Below, piece by piece: positions 55,575 to 63,181 of a stretch of DNA of 64,000 nt. The stretch is from a virus (lineage: Duplodnaviria > Heunggongvirae > Uroviricota > Caudoviricetes), in IMG/VR virus record IMGVR_UViG_2974588491_000001, positions 250,380 through 314,379 of that record, one strand, 5' to 3'. A program made the position numbers and the translations under genes. The notes beneath the pieces are model-generated. The model was not told the origin of the DNA. It was given only the letters and a program-made list of their open reading frames with translations, and searched no databases. Numbering within the stretch: the stretch's first letter is position 1; every line of letters starts with the position of its first letter.

Positions 55575-55834
55575 GGAATTTAACAGCACAAAACATTTTG
55601 TCGCAGGTTCGAATCCTGCCAGAAATATTTAATTTGTAGATTACTTTATTATCATTTTCTAGATATTGATAATATTGAACATGTAACACCGTGGAGGTAA
55701 CAGCTTTAGCGGGTTGTGAGATAAACGCAGGGGTTACAATATATGTTGCAACGACCGATATGGCTAATCATAACAAATTAACTTAGTTCTGTAGCTTAGC
55801 TGGTAGAGCAAATGATAACGAATAAATTCCAGTA
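55575..55834 (+). ncRNA. circularly permuted tRNA with ~165-nt spacer, bracketed by CAGCAA element
   Basis: CATTT-TGTC-GCAGGTTCGAATCCTGC-CAGAAAT ... AGTTCTG-TAGCTTAGCTGGTAGAGC-AAATG; bracket GGAATTT/AAATTCC. Confidence 0.72.
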
Positions 55835-55866
55835 TTAATTAAACTAAAAAAAAAAGGTGCAATACA

Positions 55867-56301
55867 GTGGAACACGCTTTTAAAATTAACATCGGAGATT
55901 ATTCTGATGATGGTCATGGTAAAAACGAAGTTATTATTGTTAAAAGTACTAAATCAGTACAAGATGTACTTAATGCGTTCATCAGTGCTGGTACTAAATT
56001 GAATGTAGTTCAACATGGTAGATTTGTAATTGCTGAAGAATATGAAGATTCAAAGCTAAGTAATGAACATGCTGACTTCCTTCGTAATGCAGGTATCGAA
56101 TTCGAAGATCTAGTTTATAACGATGGTGACGAAGAAGAACCTGAATACATGATTAACGGCACTAATGAAATCATCCATTTAGTAATGCGTATTGCACAAA
56201 CAGAATTAGACTTCGATTATCAAATTGCGAATGATACAATTCCATCATTCAATGGTTTTAGTGGAGCGGGTCCACAAATCGGATACGGTCTATTCTGGTA
56301 A
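55867..56301 (+). CDS. hypothetical protein
   Basis: GDYSDDGHGK motif; GTG start. Confidence 0.7.
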   Translation: MEHAFKINIGDYSDDGHGKNEVIIVKSTKSVQDVLNAFISAGTKLNVVQHGRFVIAEEYEDSKLSNEHADFLRNAGIEFEDLVYNDGDEEEPEYMINGTNEIIHLVMRIAQTELDFDYQIANDTIPSFNGFSGAGPQIGYGLFW

Positions 56302-56309
56302 TAAAATTT

Positions 56310-56375
56310 GGAATCTAGCAGCAACCATAAAATGAAATCAACTGTTAATTGAAAACCTCAAAAAATGGATTCCAG
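56310..56375 (+). ncRNA. minimal CAGCAA element enclosing Asn-like anticodon stem-loop
   Basis: GGAATCT-AGCAGCAA ... TCAA-CTGTTAA-TTGA ... GGATTCC-AG. Confidence 0.62.
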
Positions 56376-56381
56376 CCTTTT

Positions 56382-56693
56382 ATGAATATAAAAGAAATTG
56401 TAGAACAAATTGAAAGTACTATGAAAACTTCAGGTGATAATTACATGAAGGAGTTAATACTAACAAATAGGAAGAAATTACGTAACACATTCTGTGATGA
56501 ATGTAATTCTTACTCCGTGTTCATGATAGTACATGATGAATTATGGAACATCATAAGTGACGGTAACTTAGATATTTTCTTATGTCCTAAATGTATGGAA
56601 AATCGATTAGGTAGAAAAATAGAAATTGCTGATTTAAAAATTTGTAATGTAAATTACCCTTACTTTTTAGCATTACAAATGATTGAAAAATAA
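56382..56693 (+). CDS. hypothetical protein with zinc-binding motifs
   Basis: CDECN...W...LCPKCMENRLGR. Confidence 0.6.
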   Translation: MNIKEIVEQIESTMKTSGDNYMKELILTNRKKLRNTFCDECNSYSVFMIVHDELWNIISDGNLDIFLCPKCMENRLGRKIEIADLKICNVNYPYFLALQMIEK

Positions 56694-56723
56694 ATGAAAC
56701 GCCACAAGAAATTGTGGTATAAT
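56694..56723 (+). promoter_or_regulatory. WTGAAAC-class promoter
   Basis: ATGAAACG...TGTGGTATAAT, 18-nt spacer. Confidence 0.72.
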
Positions 56724-56743
56724 ATAAGTAAGAAAAACAACTT

Positions 56744-56818
56744 GACTGTATAGCTCAGAGGCAGAGCGGCTCCCTGTTAAGGAGAAGGTCGGGATTTCGA
56801 AATTCCCTACGGTCGCAA
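56744..56818 (+). tRNA. tRNA-Asn(GTT)
   Basis: loop CTGTTAA, G73, ends CAA. Confidence 0.88.
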
Positions 56819-56942
56819 AGAATCAAATTCACCAGGCGTACTATGGTGCAATACGGATAGCATGTTATTCTATAAGATTGGAATAGAATACGTATTAGAA
56901 CCTTGTAAAGTTCTTCTGTAAACTCAATTTGATACCTTCTTT

Positions 56943-57009
56943 AGAATCTAACAGCAAACACATTTAAACATATATTTTTGGGATATAAAACGTTAAAAAC
57001 GGATTCTAG
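56943..57009 (+). ncRNA. minimal CAGCAA element
   Basis: AGAATCT-AACAGCAA ... TATAT-TTTTGGG-ATATA ... GGATTCT-AG. Confidence 0.6.
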
Positions 57010-57038
57010 TCTTATTAAAAGCAATCGAGAATATTTAC

Positions 57039-57269
57039 ATGAAAACGATCAAAATGTATTTGCTACAACGTCCAGGCCGCGATGATGATTATATCTCAGT
57101 ACTAGATGATAAAATCAACGTTCAGTCAAGTCTATTAAAACATATGTGGAATGACCCAAGTAAGATCAATTTCAAAATTCTGACATTCCCTTATACATTA
57201 GAAACCTATTATGGTGATTCTAATGTTCTGGAAGATGCAGTACTATTATGGGAACATAATATAGATTAA
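57039..57269 (+). CDS. hypothetical protein
   Basis: ORF track. Confidence 0.6.
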   Translation: MKTIKMYLLQRPGRDDDYISVLDDKINVQSSLLKHMWNDPSKINFKILTFPYTLETYYGDSNVLEDAVLLWEHNID

Positions 57270-57275
57270 AAATTT

Positions 57276-57331
57276 AGAATCTAACAGCAATTAAAACTCA
57301 TTTGGATAATATGAAAACCGATAGATTCTAG
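57276..57331 (+). ncRNA. minimal CAGCAA element
   Basis: AGAATCT-AACAGCAA ... TCAT-TTGGATAAT-ATGA ... AGATTCT-AG. Confidence 0.6.
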
Positions 57332-57336
57332 TCTTT

Positions 57337-57412
57337 AGGCGTATAGTGTAATTGGTTAGCACACCAGGTTTTGATCCTGGTAATCGAGGTTCAAGTCCTT
57401 GTATGCCTGCAA
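57337..57412 (+). tRNA. tRNA-Gln(TTG)
   Basis: CCAGG-TTTTGAT-CCTGG, G73, ends CAA. Confidence 0.9.
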
Positions 57413-57430
57413 AATAAAATAAGGCAAATT

Positions 57431-57679
57431 ATGTTCGAACAAGAATACAGCAATTCAACTCCAGTACAAGATATGCTTGCATATTTTGTAACCGGTACAG
57501 TACGAATTAGCGATTATATGGTTGAAGAACCAAGAAGATATAATAAGTCACACATTGTTTATGCTCTTGATGAAAATGACGCAGAACGTAAGTTCATAGA
57601 ACATTATGAAAAGAAAACTTCAGAGTATGAACGTTACTACAGTGTAAGTAATGTAGAAGTTTCAGAAACCTTAATTTAA
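57431..57679 (+). CDS. hypothetical protein
   Basis: ORF track frame, AAGG RBS. Confidence 0.65.
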   Translation: MFEQEYSNSTPVQDMLAYFVTGTVRISDYMVEEPRRYNKSHIVYALDENDAERKFIEHYEKKTSEYERYYSVSNVEVSETLI

Positions 57680-57815
57680 AAAATTTCATTTCCTTGTGAA
57701 ACAAGCTCGCATGATTCCCCTAGCTTGTAAAATTGTATGATGGGAACCGCGTTGCACCTGTACAGGTCAGATTGTAAAGATCAAGTATGTACAGTACTGA
57801 GAGCGGCAGTACACT

Positions 57816-57890
57816 GCATCCATCGTATATCGGCTATTATAATTGGCTTCCACCCAATAGAACGGAGTTCGACCCTCCGTGGATGCTCGA
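57816..57890 (+). tRNA. tRNA-Gly(TCC)
   Basis: ATTGG-CTTCCAC-CCAAT, U73, Gly-type D arm; no encoded CCA. Confidence 0.88.
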
Positions 57891-58004
57891 AGATTAACAA
57901 ACAATAAGGTAAATTATATGCTATAGAATCCTAGTACTGGTCCTCCTGATAAGTTTAATTCAGAACAAACTACTAAATTAAACAATATCAAAAAGGAACA
58001 TATT

Positions 58005-58331
58005 ATGTTAAACAAAGAACAATACATTACTGTAAAAGCAACCTGGAAAAAAGTAAAAGAGCACACTGTACACGAACACATTATCTATAATGTACTTCGG
58101 GGTAAAGAGGCTGATGAAGGGTTTGTAGCTTTAACTGATTGGGGTCGTTTGAATGCAAGTGATAACAATCCGTGGTTCAACTATGATAACGCAGTACGCG
58201 AAATTCACTATCAGTTGAATGCTAAACGTTATAACTATGAAGGTACAGTAAAACATTATTCCGATGTTTTCGGCATTGATTTAACACCTGAACTAATTGC
58301 AGAAGTACTACAAGCAATTAAGTTCAAGTAA
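58005..58331 (+). CDS. hypothetical protein (possible amber-readthrough N-terminal extension from 57918)
   Basis: ORF track; upstream in-frame ATG CTA TAG AAT CCT... Confidence 0.7.
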   Translation: MLNKEQYITVKATWKKVKEHTVHEHIIYNVLRGKEADEGFVALTDWGRLNASDNNPWFNYDNAVREIHYQLNAKRYNYEGTVKHYSDVFGIDLTPELIAEVLQAIKFK

Positions 58332-58339
58332 CAGAATTT

Positions 58340-58396
58340 AGAATCTAACAGCAATTAAACTCATTTGGATAATATGAAAAACAATAGATTCTAGTA
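58340..58396 (+). ncRNA. minimal CAGCAA element (near copy of 57276)
   Basis: AGAATCT-AACAGCAA ... CTCATTTGGATAATATGAAAA ... AGATTCT-AGTA. Confidence 0.6.
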
Positions 58397-58418
58397 CTTT
58401 TTTAGCTAAGAGACAAAT

Positions 58419-58655
58419 ATGAAACGTGAATTCATGCATTTTATGCCTGAGCCAAAAGCGAAAGAACCAAAGAAAACAATGACTCCTGAAGCATTTGCTG
58501 ATATGGTTGAAGAACAAATCAGAAAAATGTTGGAAGATGGTGAAGAATATGGTGAACTTCGAATTGATATTCCTGAGAATTTAACTCCAGAACAAGCTGC
58601 ACAGTTTGTTGAAGAAATCATCAAACGTTTCAATAGTGAGGAAGATGATGAGTAA
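58419..58655 (+). CDS. hypothetical acidic protein
   Basis: ORF track. Confidence 0.65.
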   Translation: MKREFMHFMPEPKAKEPKKTMTPEAFADMVEEQIRKMLEDGEEYGELRIDIPENLTPEQAAQFVEEIIKRFNSEEDDE

Positions 58656-59133
58656 TACTACTGAAAGAACTTTACAGGTATTACGGATGTTCTTCAATAA
58701 TAAAGAACAACTACAATCAATGGTTGACAATGATACATTAAAATGTCATCCTTCTTTGAAGTTCTATGTTAAACATGTACTTGATGGTACTGTTGATAGT
58801 CTGGATATGCAACTATATTCACGTGACATTAATGAGTATCACAAGATTTTCTTAGACTTAAAAGAAAAGAGTAAGCCAATTCACGGTAACTTCTACGATG
58901 ACTTGCGTCAGCGTTACTTTGATTTACTTAACTGTACACCAATTGAAAATCCCAATGAACCACTAAATGATACACATTTAGCATGGATGTTAACTAAACT
59001 CTCAGATGATACAATGTCTGAAACTAAAAAGCATCGTTGGTTGGGATACATTCAGGGTTGTATGGCGTACCGTGGATTTATTACAGTGAATGAGGAACGT
59101 GATAATACACGTGAAATATTCAAAGGAAAATAA
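58648..59133 (+). CDS. hypothetical protein
   Basis: HLAWML...KKHRWLGYIQG motif. Confidence 0.7.
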   Translation: MSNTTERTLQVLRMFFNNKEQLQSMVDNDTLKCHPSLKFYVKHVLDGTVDSLDMQLYSRDINEYHKIFLDLKEKSKPIHGNFYDDLRQRYFDLLNCTPIENPNEPLNDTHLAWMLTKLSDDTMSETKKHRWLGYIQGCMAYRGFITVNEERDNTREIFKGK

Positions 59134-59134
59134 T

Positions 59135-59338
59135 ATGAAGTACTTTGTACGATACACATATAAAGCTGATTATAATAATGAAATTCATGATTATGATCGA
59201 ATTGAAGAAAGTGATATTATTAGTACTGAAGAAGAATTTGATGATATTTACGATGTGAAAACAGTACTGAAAGGTATGTTCACATGGAAAAATCTTCAAG
59301 AAACAGATTTTGATATTATAGCTTTAACCAAGCTGTAA
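59135..59338 (+). CDS. hypothetical protein
   Basis: ORF track frame. Confidence 0.6.
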   Translation: MKYFVRYTYKADYNNEIHDYDRIEESDIISTEEEFDDIYDVKTVLKGMFTWKNLQETDFDIIALTKL

Positions 59339-59345
59339 TATTTTT

Positions 59346-59420
59346 GGAGCCATCGTTCAACGGTTAGGATACGGCACTGTCACTGCTGAGATGGGGTTTC
59401 GATTACCCCTGGTTCCGCAA
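59346..59420 (+). tRNA. tRNA-Asp(GTC)
   Basis: loop CTGTCAC, G73, ends CAA. Confidence 0.9.
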
Positions 59421-59439
59421 AATAAACAAAGAGACATAT

Positions 59440-59823
59440 ATGAGTATATCAGCATCCATAGATTTTAAAATAATACAAAAATCTGATTTTGATGGTATAA
59501 ATTTAATCAGAGAAATACAAACATTCATAGAACGTATTCAGCGATTGTCTTATTATACTGTTGAATTCGATAATGATTTAAATTATTTTTCAATTTTTTA
59601 TGATAGATGGGATCATGTAAATCATGACCATATTAAACAATCTATTTCAGGATTACATTCATTTGATTTAGAATACAAAGAACATGTTTACGATGGCAGT
59701 ACTGAACCCTATACAATTAGATTAGTAAAAGGTACTGGTGAATGTATCAATCAAATGATTAAATATTATCCGTGGCTTGAAATAGAAGATGAATCTGTAC
59801 AGGTCGAAGATCTACATGAATAA
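59440..59823 (+). CDS. hypothetical protein
   Basis: ORF track. Confidence 0.6.
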   Translation: MSISASIDFKIIQKSDFDGINLIREIQTFIERIQRLSYYTVEFDNDLNYFSIFYDRWDHVNHDHIKQSISGLHSFDLEYKEHVYDGSTEPYTIRLVKGTGECINQMIKYYPWLEIEDESVQVEDLHE

Positions 59824-60079
59824 GAAAGCTAAGCAACGAATAATGAATAAATTAATCGAAGCTGAACCATCATTAAGTACTGACTATAAAAGACAGAATC
59901 GTTTTAAAAAGATTATTCTGATGAGTAGTAGATGTACTGGTGACAAGATGAATGAAGAACGTATACTTAATATGTTGCTTCGTCATATTGAAAATGCAAA
60001 ACAGTTTCATGCAGCAATAGCAAAAAGTGCAGTTCGTGAAGAACAATACTATGGTCTGTTGTGTGGTAAACCAAATTAG
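59816..60079 (+). CDS. hypothetical protein
   Basis: ORF track frame; TAG stop. Confidence 0.55.
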   Translation: MNKKAKQRIMNKLIEAEPSLSTDYKRQNRFKKIILMSSRCTGDKMNEERILNMLLRHIENAKQFHAAIAKSAVREEQYYGLLCGKPN

Positions 60080-60262
60080 TAACAAAGAGTGTAAGGGTTA
60101 GTACTCAGTATCATATTCCCCCTCTGCCATCTTCCCCCATATGTTATGGGTTCTAGTCGCAGACACAGTTAGTACTTTGTTACTCGCGATTTTCCCGAAA
60201 GGGTGACGGTGTGAATAGTGCACATCACTGCTGTACGTGACAGTACAGATTTTACAATAATT

Positions 60263-60341
60263 GTTTGTGTAGCTCAGTTGGAATTAGAGCATTTGTCTAC
60301 GAAACAAAGGGTCGCAGGTTCGAGTCCTGCCATGAACACAA
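60263..60341 (+). tRNA. tRNA-Arg(ACG)
   Basis: TTTGT-CTACGAA-ACAAA, ends CAA. Confidence 0.9.
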
Positions 60342-60360
60342 AATCTAAAGGATTAATGAA

Positions 60361-60579
60361 ATGAGTAAATTACTAGACATGGTTAAAGACAAACACGTTA
60401 AGTTTAGCCATTATAAAGAAAACGAGTTATGGTACAGTACTGAATGCGGCTTTATGTTTCCGGTTCCGGTATCTGATACAGGTAACGCAGAATTTAAAAA
60501 TGAAGACAAAGCCACGTTCTTCATGCGTTGGATTCGTAAACATCTAGAAATGCTTACGAAAGAACAAGAAAATGCATGA
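60361..60579 (+). CDS. conserved phage hypothetical protein
   Basis: LWYSTECGFMFPVPVSDTGNAEF...FFMRWIRK. Confidence 0.75.
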   Translation: MSKLLDMVKDKHVKFSHYKENELWYSTECGFMFPVPVSDTGNAEFKNEDKATFFMRWIRKHLEMLTKEQENA

Positions 60580-60922
60580 TGAAACTTGGAAGGATTATCC
60601 CGATAAAAGGGATTTTCCATCCGAAGACCAATGGAAGAAGGTGCACTACGTACTCAATGTTTGCCAAACGGTAGGTGTTAAGTACTGTACATCGTACTTC
60701 ACATATGAGTACTTTAGAAAGTACTGCTATGTACCGGATACGGGGTTTTGTTTTAACACACAATATGTGTATTTTGACGGAATTCCCCGATACATAGATA
60801 AAGTACATTCAGAAGAATCATTCTTTCAGCAAAGTACTGTACATGATTATCATGATCTCACATTCGAAGAAATCATGATACTCAAAGAAATCTATGAATT
60901 TATAGTAGGGGATTTTCCGTAA
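60572..60922 (+). CDS. TEExxFQxST-motif paralog family protein
   Basis: SEESFFQQSTVHDY. Confidence 0.65.
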   Translation: MHDETWKDYPDKRDFPSEDQWKKVHYVLNVCQTVGVKYCTSYFTYEYFRKYCYVPDTGFCFNTQYVYFDGIPRYIDKVHSEESFFQQSTVHDYHDLTFEEIMILKEIYEFIVGDFP

Positions 60923-60938
60923 GGGAAATCCCTTTTTT
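60909..60938 (+). terminator. intrinsic terminator
   Basis: GGGATTTTCC-GTAA-GGGAAATCCC + T run. Confidence 0.75.
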
Positions 60939-60952
60939 CGTTTAGGGATTAT

Positions 60953-61348
60953 ATGGCAAGCTTAGTACAAAAATTTAAAGCATTTACTGATATATCAAGT
61001 AATGACATTACAAGAATCTATGATGCTCTTTACATACAAAAAATATTAGTTAAGTTTCATCCTAATTTCACATTGTATGCAGATAGAGAAGATATTCTAA
61101 TACTAGATGTTCAGCAAAAAGAAGTACTAACATATATTGAATTCCATGAGAATCATATGCTTGTTAATGTATCACGAGATTTCACGGATGACGAAGTAAA
61201 CAGTGCTGAAGAATTTATTTTGAAGTACGATGCAACATCAGAATGGTTGTTCCAATTAAGTACTATTCACGATTTAGGATTTATTGAGAATCGTTATATG
61301 AAGTACTTGAATAAGTTACGTGACCTTTATAGTACTGACTATGATTAA
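60953..61348 (+). CDS. TEExxFQxST-motif paralog family protein
   Basis: TSEWLFQLSTIHDLG. Confidence 0.68.
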   Translation: MASLVQKFKAFTDISSNDITRIYDALYIQKILVKFHPNFTLYADREDILILDVQQKEVLTYIEFHENHMLVNVSRDFTDDEVNSAEEFILKYDATSEWLFQLSTIHDLGFIENRYMKYLNKLRDLYSTDYD

Positions 61349-61350
61349 AA

Positions 61351-61380
61351 ATGAAACGAAAAAATAAACTATGGTATAAT
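61351..61380 (+). promoter_or_regulatory. WTGAAAC-class promoter
   Basis: ATGAAACG...ATGGTATAAT, 18-nt spacer. Confidence 0.7.
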
Positions 61381-61401
61381 GTAGTTAGAAAATAAAAAAT
61401 T

Positions 61402-61476
61402 CTCCGGTTGGGTCAATGGTTGATCGCTTGTTTTGGGAACAAGAATATGGAAGTTCGATTCTTTCACTGGAGACAA
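61402..61476 (+). tRNA. tRNA-Pro(TGG)
   Basis: CTTGT-TTTGGGA-ACAAG, C1-G72, A73, ends CAA. Confidence 0.85.
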
Positions 61477-61478
61477 AA

Positions 61479-61554
61479 CGGGATGTAGCTCAGTTGATAG
61501 AGTGCGTCGTTTGGGGCGATGAAGCCGCTGGTTTGAGTCCAGCCATCCCGACCA
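61479..61554 (+). tRNA. tRNA-Pro(TGG)
   Basis: CGTCG-TTTGGGG-CGATG, CCA. Confidence 0.9.
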
Positions 61555-61569
61555 ATTAAGGATAACATA

Positions 61570-61887
61570 ATGAAACGTAATAGACAAATGATATTGTCCA
61601 GTACTTCAGAAACCGATATTAAAGTTACAAGAATCAACCATCGTTATCATGCAAGATTATTCGTTAACGGTATATTCTCAGATGAAATGGCTTGTGAACT
61701 GCGTTCTGATATTGGATGGATATGCAGAGAAATGATGCGTTGGTGCGATAAGTTAGGTGCTGGTAATAATCATACTGATAGTGCTCGACGTAGACATAAT
61801 AAAGATGATGCACCTCGCGGTAAAGTACTTTATTACGGTGAAATCCAAAACAATATTGAAAAACATAAAGCAAAGAAACAAAAATAA
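61570..61887 (+). CDS. hypothetical protein
   Basis: ORF track. Confidence 0.65.
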   Translation: MKRNRQMILSSTSETDIKVTRINHRYHARLFVNGIFSDEMACELRSDIGWICREMMRWCDKLGAGNNHTDSARRRHNKDDAPRGKVLYYGEIQNNIEKHKAKKQK

Positions 61888-61893
61888 TTCAAT

Positions 61894-61971
61894 GGTGACT
61901 ATGAGCGTAACTGGCTAACGTTGGAGATTGTGAAACTCCTGATTCGGGTTCAAGCCCCGATAGTCACACCA
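61894..61971 (+). tRNA. tRNA-His(GTG)
   Basis: encoded G-1, loop TTGTGAA, CCA. Confidence 0.88.
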
Positions 61972-61990
61972 TATTTGATAAGGAAGTACT

Positions 61991-62242
61991 GTGGCAAGTT
62001 TAGATAAAATTCTCACTAAGATGAGACAAAATAAAAGAGATTGGTCAATGCAAAGTTTGCTCACTGTAGCTAATAAGCTTAATATACCATACTCAAATTA
62101 TAAATCAAGTCATTATATTTTCAAATATGATGGTATAGTTGAAAACCTGAGTATCCCCGAAAACAAAAAAGATATTCATCCAGACTATATCACAAAGTTT
62201 CTTAGATTCGTCGATAGAGTCCAGGAATTGCAAAGCGGTTGA
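61991..62242 (+). CDS. hicA: HicA-family mRNA interferase-like protein
   Basis: LL..A..L...Y...SSHYIF......LSIP..K..I...YI.KFL. Confidence 0.6.
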   Translation: MASLDKILTKMRQNKRDWSMQSLLTVANKLNIPYSNYKSSHYIFKYDGIVENLSIPENKKDIHPDYITKFLRFVDRVQELQSG

Positions 62243-62256
62243 AAAACCGCTAAAAT

Positions 62257-62333
62257 GGGTCGGTAACTCAGTTGGTCAGAGTGGTACACTGAAAATGTAT
62301 TGGTCGCGAGTTCGAATCTCGCCCGTCCCACCA
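62257..62333 (+). tRNA. tRNA-Phe(GAA)
   Basis: loop CTGAAAA, CCA. Confidence 0.9.
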
Positions 62334-62404
62334 AAAAGTACTTGACAAGCAGTACGTTAAGTGTTATCATGTGCAGGTTGAATCTTAAACAGGAATTAAA
62401 CTTT

Positions 62405-62848
62405 ATGTCTGGTAAAATTAAAAGTACACTGAATTTTGTTAAAAGTTGGCCTACTGAGAATCGTCGTGAGGACACGCCCTTCACGATTCTCAGCAGTACC
62501 CAAGCTGAAGCGAATGCTGAAATCACCAAAATCATGAATGCATGGGTCAGTACTGAAACTGATTCAGACGGTAAGATTGTTTATCAATGTTATCTTAAAA
62601 GCGTAAAGACTGAAGAAATTTACGTTGCAAAACGTGTTCCAGTAACTTCTTTTGAGAAAGTACTGACGTATGAAGAACTGTTCGAATACATTGTTGAAAA
62701 CAAAGTACGTCTGGTTCCATCTCCGTTAGTTTGGGAAACCGAAAATGGTGAACCTGCAACGTTCGTAACGCACGATGTATATTTCGATAAAGAACGTTAT
62801 CAGGGTATGTCGGTATACGACTGTATTCACACCCATTTAAACAAATAA
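62405..62848 (+). CDS. hypothetical protein
   Basis: AGGA RBS; TTGACA-type promoter at ~62343. Confidence 0.7.
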   Translation: MSGKIKSTLNFVKSWPTENRREDTPFTILSSTQAEANAEITKIMNAWVSTETDSDGKIVYQCYLKSVKTEEIYVAKRVPVTSFEKVLTYEELFEYIVENKVRLVPSPLVWETENGEPATFVTHDVYFDKERYQGMSVYDCIHTHLNK

Positions 62849-63181
62849 TAAAAATAAAATGGGGATAGATATTATCCCCTAACGGAACTTTATGTTTGGT
62901 TTTTTTAGGAAGATCTTTTGTGGGCATTACGTGAGTATGGAAGTTTGTAAGATCCATTACTTACCTGGCAGTACTGAATTGATTTATACCAAAGTCTGTA
63001 AAGGTTGTGGAAAGAAGTTAGGTAACAGTACAACTAAACAAGTAGGCAAATATGAAAAATAAGCAAGTTCCTTCGTATGAACCGGATGACGGTCCATTAA
63101 CTCCTGAACAAATCGAAGCAATACGTAAGCTAAGTGGTGCTTCACATTTAACCGAAGCTGATTTTAAAAATAGTCTATTCG

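Noticed and set aside
56834-56935. tRNA-like 5' half (GGCGTACTATGGTGCAATACGGATAGCAT)
   Set aside because: No T-arm or matching acceptor 3' strand found nearby; probably a decayed remnant.
51188-58396. CAGCAA repeats as a CRISPR array
   Set aside because: Dispersed, variable spacing and cargo, helix covariation, and no cas genes or constant repeat-spacer period.
317-62957. Minus-strand and alternate-frame ORFs in the track (e.g. 317-856, 3818-4369, 33831-34511, 43336-43956, 51120-51689)
   Set aside because: They are shadows of well-supported + strand genes or tRNAs, with no RBS or recognisable motifs; the window is uniformly + oriented.
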